A DNA stretch of 39,498 nucleotides from the sequence record SRR20825019_253, one strand, 5' to 3'. The notes under the pieces were generated by a model. The model did no database searches, was not told where the DNA came from, and saw only the letters and a program-made list of their open reading frames with translations. Shown here one piece after another: positions 20,669 to 29,432 of the stretch. Made by a program: the position numbers and the translations under genes. Position 1 is the first letter of the stretch. Each line of letters opens with the position of its first letter.

Positions 20669-21322
20669 CTACACCTGTTTCCGTCCCAGGATCGACCAGT
20701 AACAGTTCATGTTCAGCAGCTTGAAATGCTTTTTCTCGGTAACGTGCAGGCCAAGGCGCTGCATGTGTTCGGGGTAGTTGTAAATCTTGTGGAAGGCATT
20801 GTTGGCGAACAGCCAGAAGATGAAGACGGCCATGTACCAGTACATCTTCTTGAACAGGCGGGCCACAATGTTGCCGGTGGGGTAGCAGAAGTCACCCACA
20901 ACCACCCTGGCGTCGGCCTTGCCCAGACGGATCAGATGCTCCAGCACCCGCACCATCATGTCTTCGTCAAACACGTTGAGGAAAAAGTTGGCGACCACCA
21001 TGTCGTACTGTTCGAACTCATCGACCTTCATGATGTCGCTGTGAATGCGGCGGATGGTCAGGTGCGGCGCCTCTTTTTCCTGGGCTTCGGCAAACTTGCG
21101 CAGCATGGTCTCGGAGAGGTCCACCACGGTCACGTCCGCGCCCAACTCTGCGGCACGGATCGCGTCACGGCCATGGCCCACGCCTGCAAACAGGATGCGG
21201 GCGCCGGGCTTGACGGTTTCCACATCGAGCATGGCAGTCTTGCAGCGATGGATGTTCTTGCCGCTGTAGAGGTTGCTCAGAAAATCGTATACCGGGCCAA
21301 TGTATTTGTATTTATCGCGCAT
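20669..21322 (-). CDS. Class I SAM-dependent methyltransferase
   Basis: Y..IGPVYD, motif I ILFAGVGHG, VVDLS..ML, YDMVVANFFLNVF. Start assigned to MRDKYKY (21322). Confidence 0.85.
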   Translation of the reverse strand: MRDKYKYIGPVYDFLSNLYSGKNIHRCKTAMLDVETVKPGARILFAGVGHGRDAIRAAELGADVTVVDLSETMLRKFAEAQEKEAPHLTIRRIHSDIMKVDEFEQYDMVVANFFLNVFDEDMMVRVLEHLIRLGKADARVVVGDFCYPTGNIVARLFKKMYWYMAVFIFWLFANNAFHKIYNYPEHMQRLGLHVTEKKHFKLLNMNCYWSILGRKQV

Positions 21323-21561
21323 GGTGACTTCTGCCTGTCCATATCCTGGGGATGCTTCCATTCTTCTTGTGATTGTTGATTCACCGTCAGGTGAATTGAA
21401 GGAAGCGCCTGATGGATTTGAGCTTAGAGAAGCCGGTGGGGGAATTATGTGCAGTACCGCGCATTTCCAGATACATAACGTAACGAACAGCAACACTTTG
21501 CAAACCAGATCAACATTTTAGATCTGACTGTCCGACAATGGAGTATCGATAATGCGGTAGG

Positions 21562-23763
21562 TTAGAAAGCGACGGCGCGCGCCGGGGTATGTCCGAGGGT
21601 TTTGCCGATGACGTCTGCAGGCCGCGCCGGGCCGTAGAAGAATCCCTGAACCTGGTGGCATCCCAGGCTTTTGAGGTAGGTGAGCTGTTCGTCCGTTTCC
21701 ACACCCTCCGCCACGATCTGAAGTTTCAGTCCATGGGCCATGGCGACAATGGCGTTTACAATACAGGCACCATCTTCGCCTCTGCGAATGGCTTTGACGA
21801 AGGACTGATCCACTTTCAGGGTGTGAATGGGCAGCCGGTGAATGTAGTTCAGGGAGGAGTAGCCGGTGCCGAAATCATCAATGGCAATTCTGACGCCCAA
21901 TGACGCTAATTCCCGGAGTTTCTGACTGATCTGCTCAAGATCGTTCATGATCACGTTTTCAGTGATCTCGATTTCCAGGTTTTGGGGTGGGAAGCCGTGG
22001 GCCTGGAGTTGAGCCATCAGGGTCTCTACAAACCTTGGGTGCTCCACCTGGACCGGGGACAGGTTTACGGCCAGTCGCAGGTCGCTGTGTCCTTCTCGAA
22101 TCCACTGGCCGACATCATGGCAGGCCTGGTCGAGTACGCATTCACTGAGTTTGGCAATGAGTTTGGTTTCTTCCGCCAGCGGCAGGAAGTCCCGTGGATA
22201 GAGCAATCCCCTTTCCGGATGTTGCCAGCGCACCAGCGCTTCCAAACCCACCACGCGATTGCTCGAGGAACAGACTTGCGGCTGATAGAACACCCGCAAC
22301 TCATCGCGCTCCAGTGCCATCCTAAGGTCTCTTTCCAGGCTCAGGCGGTTGGCCGTGTCAATGCTCATGCTCTCCGAGTAGAAGCGATAGCCATCCTTGC
22401 CCCGTGCTTTGACGTGATACATGGCAATGTCGGCGTTCTGGATCAGTTGATCCATGGATTCGCCGGCTTCCGGGTAGGTGGCAATGCCAATGCTCACACC
22501 TACGAAAACTTCGTGTTCGCCCAGTTGGAAAGGCGCGCGCAAGGCCTTGATCAACTTCTTTGAAATCTGTCTTGCGTCCTCGTAACCGTGGATCGACGGC
22601 AACAGCAGAGTGAATTCATCGCCACCGAAGCGTGACAGGGTGTCCCCTTTGCGCAGACACCGTTCCAGTCGCTGTGTGACAGCCTGCAACAGGCGATCGC
22701 CCATGGCATGTCCCAGCGTGTCGTTGATAACCTTGAAGCGATCAAGGTCCAGGAACATCACCGCCAGCTTCTGCTCACTGCGGCGCGCGTGGGTGATGGC
22801 CAGGTCGAGCCGGTCCTTGAACAGGGCGCGGTTTGGCAGTCGGGTCAACAAGTCGTGGTAGGCCTGGAAGTTGATAAAGGCTTCCGCTTCCTTACGCTCG
22901 GTCACATCGCGGGCAGTGCCGTAGTAGCGGGCCTCGCGACCATTGTATTTGCCGTCGTCGTGAACGGTGTGGGGCCAGGTTTCCGGGTCAATCGGAAACG
23001 CGGTAATTTCAAAGTGTCGGGTGGCTTTGCGGCTGCCTCGGGTCTTGAGCCGAACTTCCAGTGTCCGGGGATTGTCGGCGCTGATATTCGGGCCTTTCAG
23101 GGCATAGGTTCCCCGGGCGATGTCCCGGTCATCCAGGATGTGGCGAAAGTGACGCCCGCACAGCTCAGCGGGTTGGTAGCCAAGCAGACTCTCAATCTTG
23201 CTGTTCACAAAACAGAAATGCCCGTCGCCATCGAGCATGAAAACGATATCGGGTGAGCTGTTGACGATGTAGCGATGCAGTTCCTCGGACTTTTCCAGGC
23301 GCATTCGTATGTGCTCGTGGGCGCGAAGCAGAGAACGCTTGCCGAGCACGCCGTCGACCGTTGCCAGCAGTTCTTCCGGGTCGAACGGTTTGCGGATATA
23401 GTCCAGTGCCCCCCGGCGCAGGGCGCGGCTGACGGCGCTGAACGAGCTTTCACCGCTCACGACAATCACGCCACATTCTGGTTGTTCCGATGACAGGCGT
23501 TCCATCACACCGAATCCGTCCACATCGGGCATGCGAAGATCCAGCATTGCCAGGTCGAACGATTCGGTCTCAAGGATGCGACAGGCCATGCGCCCACCTT
23601 CCGCTTCGGTGACCTCGTACCCCTTGCTTCTGAGCAGTGAAGCAAGGCCGGAAAGCAGTCTCGGATCATCGTCGACGACCAGGATGCGCGCCTTTCCGTC
23701 GTCGCCGTAAGTCCACTCGGTGCTCGCAGGTTTCATGTCAGTAGCCCGTCGTTTCTTCGTCAT
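21562..23763 (-). CDS. REC-PAS-GGDEF-EAL c-di-GMP signalling response regulator
   Basis: VVDDD/LDLRMP/KPF receiver, PAS ending RDVTERK, RKGD I-site with GGDEF, EALVRW and DDFGTGYSS. Confidence 0.93.
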   Translation of the reverse strand: MTKKRRATDMKPASTEWTYGDDGKARILVVDDDPRLLSGLASLLRSKGYEVTEAEGGRMACRILETESFDLAMLDLRMPDVDGFGVMERLSSEQPECGVIVVSGESSFSAVSRALRRGALDYIRKPFDPEELLATVDGVLGKRSLLRAHEHIRMRLEKSEELHRYIVNSSPDIVFMLDGDGHFCFVNSKIESLLGYQPAELCGRHFRHILDDRDIARGTYALKGPNISADNPRTLEVRLKTRGSRKATRHFEITAFPIDPETWPHTVHDDGKYNGREARYYGTARDVTERKEAEAFINFQAYHDLLTRLPNRALFKDRLDLAITHARRSEQKLAVMFLDLDRFKVINDTLGHAMGDRLLQAVTQRLERCLRKGDTLSRFGGDEFTLLLPSIHGYEDARQISKKLIKALRAPFQLGEHEVFVGVSIGIATYPEAGESMDQLIQNADIAMYHVKARGKDGYRFYSESMSIDTANRLSLERDLRMALERDELRVFYQPQVCSSSNRVVGLEALVRWQHPERGLLYPRDFLPLAEETKLIAKLSECVLDQACHDVGQWIREGHSDLRLAVNLSPVQVEHPRFVETLMAQLQAHGFPPQNLEIEITENVIMNDLEQISQKLRELASLGVRIAIDDFGTGYSSLNYIHRLPIHTLKVDQSFVKAIRRGEDGACIVNAIVAMAHGLKLQIVAEGVETDEQLTYLKSLGCHQVQGFFYGPARPADVIGKTLGHTPARAVAF

Positions 23764-25736
23764 TTTTCATCGTTTTTTTTATTTGCCGCCGCGGGAAACA
23801 GAATTCGGAATGCTGTCCCTCCGCGCCCCGTGCGGCAACTAATGATGCCCTCCATGTCATCAATCAACTGTTTGACCACGCTCAGACCCAGGCCGCTATG
23901 GCCCTTGCCCTTGGTGGATTGAACCGGTGAAAACAAGTGTTTTCGGACCTCGTCGGGAATTCCATTACCGGTGTCCGCCACTTCCAGTTCCACCCAGGTT
24001 TTTCCGCTCTGCCAGACCGGTGCCTGTGTGTGAATAGCCACTTCGCCACCGTCAACAAGGCATTCTGCCGCATTACGGACCAGGTTGATAACCACCTGCC
24101 GGATGACCGCACCGGGCACGGTAACATCGGTGGGGTCCGCGCACAGGTCAAGCTCCAGCGCCATGTCGTCGCCGCTGAACAGGCTGTCTTCCAGCAAGTC
24201 CCGCAGAATTCTCAGTTCGTCATTAAGATTGCAGACGCCGGTCGGGTTTGCTGCATCATGGCCCGGACCCCGGCTGATCTGCAACAGGAGATCCCCCGCG
24301 CGATCGAGTTCGTCACGTATGACGTCCAGCTCTTCCTGTACTTCGTCATCATCCAGCCGGTTCCGTAGCTGATAGATATATTGCCGGATGATGGTCAGCG
24401 GGTTGCTCACCTCATGGACCTGGCGACGAATGGCCTGTCGGGCCAGTTCCGACTCCATACTGTCCTGGGTACCACTATTGGCTAGCGTGGCAGTGACGGC
24501 GTCAGACAGTTTGGCGCTGAACAGGCGACCGATTTCTTCTGTCTGACCGGAACTGTCATGGTCGGTACCGACGACAAAGACGCCAGCACATTGATCTTCC
24601 CCCCGAACGGGAATAGCCACCAGAGAAGGGGTTTTCAAGAGAGAAAGCAGCTGGCGGTCCAGCACAGTCGTTGTGCGGTCACCAAGACACAGGGCGGTGC
24701 CGCTGCTGTAGGCCTCGGTCAACACGCTGGTGGCCGGCCCGCTGGCAACTGTAAGGTCAGGAGTATCGCCGTTGCTGGCGGATAGCAGTGTCAGCCCGTC
24801 TCCGGCCTGGCCAAAATACAGTGCCGGCAGGCCGGTGATCAGTGTCAGGCTGGTGACGGTTGAGGCCAGACTCTCCTGGGCACTGCCGCGAATCGGCGAC
24901 AGTTCCAGCGCCTGGCTGGCCATGGCCTGTTTCAGTATGGTCTGTTTGAGTTTGTGGTTGGAATGGCGGGCGTCGTAGTCTTCCGATAGCGGAATGCCCA
25001 GTGACTCGGCCACGCCGCTCACTTCCTGGTCGATCCTGCGGTTGATCTCTCGCGTGAGCTCTTCATTGAGCCCAAAAATGGTCCCCGCCGCCGCAATGCC
25101 CGCCGCGTCCGAGAGTGCCAGGCGCGTTGCCAGACTGATCAGTTTGACCAGGTGCCCGGCATCCTGTATTTCCGTTGGCATGGCCTGCTGATAGCGCATA
25201 GCGTCAACCGCCATGGGGCCCAGCCCCCATGAATTGACCAGTTCGGCAGCAATATCGGACTGGTGGTCAAAGTAGTATTGCTGGGTTTCTCCAGGCGGTG
25301 TTTTCAGTGCGATCAGCTCGCCTACGTTGTGCAACATACCCAGCATGAACGCCTGGTCGGGTTCGGGGTAGCGGGTCAGTGTTGCCAGAGCCCTGGCCGT
25401 CAGGGCGGTGGTCAGGGAATGGCGCCAGAAGTCCCGCAGCTGTTGCCACTGGTCTGCCCCGAGTTCGTAAAGAATCTGGCGCAGTGCAGCAGTCAGAACC
25501 AGGGTGTGAAAACGTCGGGTTCCCAGCCGGAGCAGGGCCTGGTCAATGGAACGTATTTGCGAGGTGGGGCCGTACAGTGCCGAGTTGGCGAGGGCGAGAA
25601 CGCGAGTGACCAGAGCGGTGTCGGCAGACACAATGTCACTTATTCGGCGATAGTTTTCATCCTGATGGCAGGCCTCAAGCGCCCGAAGGGTAACCTCCGG
25701 GAGACTCGGTAGCTGTATGTCAGGGGCAATCTGCAT
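23760..25736 (-). CDS. Soluble HDOD + GAF-like + histidine kinase
   Basis: HDOD motifs LPSLP, LANSA, FWRHS, GMLHNVG. Kinase motifs HEVSNPL, NLVRNA, DTGNGI, LFSP, GLGL. No TM. ATGA overlap with the downstream response regulator. Confidence 0.88.
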   Translation of the reverse strand: MQIAPDIQLPSLPEVTLRALEACHQDENYRRISDIVSADTALVTRVLALANSALYGPTSQIRSIDQALLRLGTRRFHTLVLTAALRQILYELGADQWQQLRDFWRHSLTTALTARALATLTRYPEPDQAFMLGMLHNVGELIALKTPPGETQQYYFDHQSDIAAELVNSWGLGPMAVDAMRYQQAMPTEIQDAGHLVKLISLATRLALSDAAGIAAAGTIFGLNEELTREINRRIDQEVSGVAESLGIPLSEDYDARHSNHKLKQTILKQAMASQALELSPIRGSAQESLASTVTSLTLITGLPALYFGQAGDGLTLLSASNGDTPDLTVASGPATSVLTEAYSSGTALCLGDRTTTVLDRQLLSLLKTPSLVAIPVRGEDQCAGVFVVGTDHDSSGQTEEIGRLFSAKLSDAVTATLANSGTQDSMESELARQAIRRQVHEVSNPLTIIRQYIYQLRNRLDDDEVQEELDVIRDELDRAGDLLLQISRGPGHDAANPTGVCNLNDELRILRDLLEDSLFSGDDMALELDLCADPTDVTVPGAVIRQVVINLVRNAAECLVDGGEVAIHTQAPVWQSGKTWVELEVADTGNGIPDEVRKHLFSPVQSTKGKGHSGLGLSVVKQLIDDMEGIISCRTGRGGTAFRILFPAAANKKNDEK

Positions 25737-26055
25737 AGGCCTGCCTGTGTAACGCGCCAGATATTTCGTTAGTATCTGACGACTTGTTCATAAACATTAA
25801 CCCGATGGAGCTTAGTCAATAACCTGCATTTATTAAACAGTTATTGGTCCTTTTTTAAGCAGAGTATTACCCGTGTTGTGATGTGTGTAAACTTTTTACA
25901 GGTTAAATGTCGCAAAACCGTCCATGATCGGGCATTCAACCCGTCTCTTTTTGTCTACAGTTAGAACTCCGTCCGGGTTACACTTTGACACAGTACTCAA
26001 ATTTTACCCGGATCACGTGTCAGTCGACGGACAAGACAGCGCCTATTAAGCATTC

Positions 26056-27369
26056 ATGACCGATTCCCGCACTTCCAGGCACATTCCGAAGCAACCCAGA
26101 ACACTGGCCATAACCGGTGGCAAAGGTGGCGTCGGAAAAACATCGGTGGCACTGAACCTTTCCCTGACCCTTGCGCGAGAGGGTTACAGAGTATTGTTGC
26201 TGGATGGTGACACGGATCTGGCTAATGTCAGTATCATGCTGGGCCGGTATCCGGAGCGCACCCTGGCCAACGTAATGGCCGGTGAGTGCTCTCTCCGCGA
26301 CGTGATTATGGAAGCGGAGTGGGGTTTGCACATCATTCCCGGCGCCTCGGGAGTTGAACAATGTGTGGATATGGCCGCTGAAGAAAGCCTGCGTGTTCTC
26401 AAGGCGTTGTCGAGGCTGGAGAAAAACTACGACTACGTGATCACAGACACGGCCTCGGGTTTGCAGAAGACCGGCATGCACATGATTGCGGCGGCGGAAC
26501 TGGCCTGCGTCGTGGTCACGCCAGACCCTGCATCGCTGACCGATGCCTTCTCCCTGATAAAACTTCTGATTCGTCGTGGCTACCGAAGGACGCCGAGCGT
26601 GTTGGTGAACATGGCCCAGGGTGCAAGTCAGGCTCGATCCGTGTTTCAGCGCCTTGATGCTGCTGCAGTTCGGCACCTGGGGTTGCAGTTGCATTACCTG
26701 GGTGCGATCTGGCGTGACGAAACCTTGCGCCAGTCAGTGATGAATCAACGCCCTGTGGCACTGTTGCCGGCTTCTGATCCGTCCAGCCGTCAATTCCGAA
26801 CATTGGCTGACATGCTGAACGTGCGGCTGCGCCAGTTGCCGCCGCGAAAGGCGGGGATTGCGGCGTATTGGCACCGGGTGTCGTCCGGCCCAGCGGATAC
26901 GGCGCCTGCGTCCGGCGGTGGCCAGGCAAAAGCACCAAAAGACCCGGCCCAGGAATGCAAGCGGCTGACAGCAGAGCTCGGTGAAATACTGGCTGACAGC
27001 AATGATAAGCCGCTGCTGCGTTATGAAGCGTTTCAGGGGCTCTTTGCACTGTTAGGGCGCAGAATGGATGCAGATGCCATTGAGATTATCCAGACCGGTT
27101 TAGCCTCTCTCAATTGGGACAAACTGGAAAAGGAACAACGAGAACATATGGCGACTCATCTTCGCCATCTCGCTGCAGAAGTTGACCCTGCGGCAGTTCC
27201 CCGTAAGGCGGAAGCAATAGTAAATAAGCCAGAGCGGGAGCCGTACTACGACCGTATCAGTTTTGGTGAACAAAGCCGGTTGATTCGGGCGCTTAAGGAG
27301 CAGCCGTCCAATATCTCCCTGGATCAGCTTCTACGCTCGCTGGCGGACACCGACAAGAACGGTTCCTGA
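26056..27369 (+). CDS. FlhG/FleN/MinD-like ATPase with a C-terminal extension of about 160 aa
   Basis: Deviant Walker A GGKGGVGKT, DGDTDLAN, DTASG, PDPASLTDA. Confidence 0.85.
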   Translation: MTDSRTSRHIPKQPRTLAITGGKGGVGKTSVALNLSLTLAREGYRVLLLDGDTDLANVSIMLGRYPERTLANVMAGECSLRDVIMEAEWGLHIIPGASGVEQCVDMAAEESLRVLKALSRLEKNYDYVITDTASGLQKTGMHMIAAAELACVVVTPDPASLTDAFSLIKLLIRRGYRRTPSVLVNMAQGASQARSVFQRLDAAAVRHLGLQLHYLGAIWRDETLRQSVMNQRPVALLPASDPSSRQFRTLADMLNVRLRQLPPRKAGIAAYWHRVSSGPADTAPASGGGQAKAPKDPAQECKRLTAELGEILADSNDKPLLRYEAFQGLFALLGRRMDADAIEIIQTGLASLNWDKLEKEQREHMATHLRHLAAEVDPAAVPRKAEAIVNKPEREPYYDRISFGEQSRLIRALKEQPSNISLDQLLRSLADTDKNGS

Positions 27370-27594
27370 GCGCCTTTTATCCGGTTTCTCTCCATTCCTT
27401 TTTTTTGCATTTAGTCACCTTATTTTATGGTCATTTTATTGATGCAATTTGTAGCGTAACTTTGCTCTATGTCACCGCACTGTCATTCGGTCTGTGCAAA
27501 AATCAGCCTTATTCCCGGAATCGTGGCCCGCAAAATGCAGTAAAACCCACTGCATTTGATGGCTACACAGTGAATTTGAGAAGGAGTTCTCGCC

Positions 27595-29133
27595 ATGGCA
27601 ACACAGCAGCAACAGAATGGAGCGTCAGCGTCCGGTGTTCTTGAGCAACTACGTGGTAAACACGTGTTGATCACCGGCACCACCGGGTTTCTTGGTAAGG
27701 TGGTACTGGAAAAACTGATTCGCACGGTGCCGGATATTGGCGGGATCCATCTGCTTATCCGCGGTAACAAAAGGCATCCGGCAGCGCGGGAACGATTTCT
27801 CAATGAGATCGCGAGTTCTTCCGTGTTCGAGCGCCTTAGGCACGATGACAACGAGGCGTTCGAAAGCTTTCTTGAGGAACGCGTTCATTGCATCACCGGC
27901 GAAGTGACTGAACCCCGTTTTGGGCTTACGCAGGAGCGGTTCCGTGCTCTTGCCGGGCAGGTCGATGCGTTTATCAATTCCGCAGCCAGCGTAAATTTCC
28001 GGGAGGAGCTCGATAAGGCGCTGAAGATCAATACCCTTTGCCTCGAGAACGTTGCCGCTCTGGCGGAGCTCAACAGCACTATGGCGGTCATCCAGGTATC
28101 CACCTGCTACGTCAACGGAAAAAATTCCGGTCAGATCACGGAGTCCGTTATCAAGCCGGCGGGAGAGTCTATCCCCCGCAGCACCGACGGATACTATGAA
28201 ACGGAAGAGCTTGTACACCTTCTGCAGGACAAGATCTCCGACGTGAAGGCCCGATACTCCGGCAAAGTGCTTGAGAAAAAGCTCGTGGACCTGGGTATTC
28301 GCGAGGCCAACAACTACGGCTGGAGCGACACCTACACGTTTACCAAATGGCTGGGTGAGCAACTCCTGATGAAAGCCCTTTCCGGGCGCTCACTCACAAT
28401 TGTTCGCCCTTCCATCATTGAAAGTGCACTGGAAGAACCCTCGCCGGGATGGATTGAAGGTGTGAAGGTGGCGGATGCGATCATACTTGCCTACGCCCGT
28501 GAGAAGGTCTCCCTGTTTCCCGGCAAACGCAGCGGTATTATCGACGTGATTCCGGTGGACCTGGTGGCCAACAGCATTATCCTGTCCCTGGCTGAAGCCA
28601 TTTCCGAGCCTGGGCATCGCCGCATCTATCAATGCTGCAGTGGCGGTTCAAACCCAATTTCGCTGGGCACGTTCATTGACTACCTGATGGCCGAAGCCAA
28701 GTCCAACTATGCAGCGTATGACCAGTTGTTCTATCGACGGCCCACGAAACCGTTTGTGGCGGTCAATCGCAAGCTGTTTGATGTTGTGGTTGGCGGGATG
28801 CGCGTGCCGTTGTCCATCGCTGGCAAGGCACTGAGGCTGGCTGGCCAGAACCGTGAGCTAAAGGTTCTCAAAAACCTCGATACCACGCGTTCACTCGCCA
28901 CCATCTTTGGTTTCTACACTGCACCGGATTACATCTTCCGTAACGATTCGCTGATGGCCCTGGCTTCCCGCATGGGTGAACTGGATCGTGTCCTGTTCCC
29001 GGTGGATGCACGCCAGATCGACTGGCAGCTGTACCTGTGCAAGATCCACCTCGGAGGTCTTAACCGTTACGCTCTCAAGGAGAGGAAACTGTACAGCCTG
29101 CGGGCTGCCCAGACCCGCAAGAAAGCCGCCTGA
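27595..29133 (+). CDS. Alcohol-forming fatty acyl-CoA reductase (Maqu_2220/M. algicola FAR type, wax-ester pathway)
   Basis: TGTTGFLGKV, YTFTK (YxxxK), RPSIIES, DVIPVD, and a C-terminal male-sterility-type domain. RBS AAGGAG. Confidence 0.93.
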   Translation: MATQQQQNGASASGVLEQLRGKHVLITGTTGFLGKVVLEKLIRTVPDIGGIHLLIRGNKRHPAARERFLNEIASSSVFERLRHDDNEAFESFLEERVHCITGEVTEPRFGLTQERFRALAGQVDAFINSAASVNFREELDKALKINTLCLENVAALAELNSTMAVIQVSTCYVNGKNSGQITESVIKPAGESIPRSTDGYYETEELVHLLQDKISDVKARYSGKVLEKKLVDLGIREANNYGWSDTYTFTKWLGEQLLMKALSGRSLTIVRPSIIESALEEPSPGWIEGVKVADAIILAYAREKVSLFPGKRSGIIDVIPVDLVANSIILSLAEAISEPGHRRIYQCCSGGSNPISLGTFIDYLMAEAKSNYAAYDQLFYRRPTKPFVAVNRKLFDVVVGGMRVPLSIAGKALRLAGQNRELKVLKNLDTTRSLATIFGFYTAPDYIFRNDSLMALASRMGELDRVLFPVDARQIDWQLYLCKIHLGGLNRYALKERKLYSLRAAQTRKKAA

Positions 29134-29161
29134 CACCCGGTCAGTCGGCTGTCCTTTCTAC

Positions 29162-29187
29162 CCGTCCCCCCGGTTCCCGGGGGGCGG
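29162..29187 (+). terminator. GC hairpin downstream of FAR
   Basis: CCCCCCGG-TTC-CCGGGGGG core. No adjacent U-tract. Confidence 0.5.
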
Positions 29188-29293
29188 AAGCTCACTTGTT
29201 GTTTCCGCTGGCGGGTCTATCCTTTAGGGCAGGCTCCAGAACATAGGGTCACCCCTCGTGAGACCGTCATTCTAGCTAAAAGTGCTGGCGGAT

Positions 29294-29309
29294 TGGGACG
29301 TTAGTCTAA
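29294..29309 (+). promoter_or_regulatory. Candidate ErdR/CrbR box upstream of acs
   Basis: TGGGAC-GTTA-GTCTAA has a GAC-N4-GTC core, like the CrbR/ErdR motif as I recall it from Pseudomonas/Vibrio acs promoters. Confidence 0.5.
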
Positions 29310-29432
29310 TTCATTGTTCACTGGCACGCGTGTTGAACTATGGGTATCCGTCTTCAGGGCTTTTTTGCCCGTCACGCTCTTTATTAAATAACCGATAATG
29401 ACAACAGACTCTGACTAATAAGGGGGAGCACA

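Noticed and set aside
25877-25892. CRP-like site TGTGA-N6-TAAAC
   Set aside because: The second half-site matches only 2 of 5 positions.
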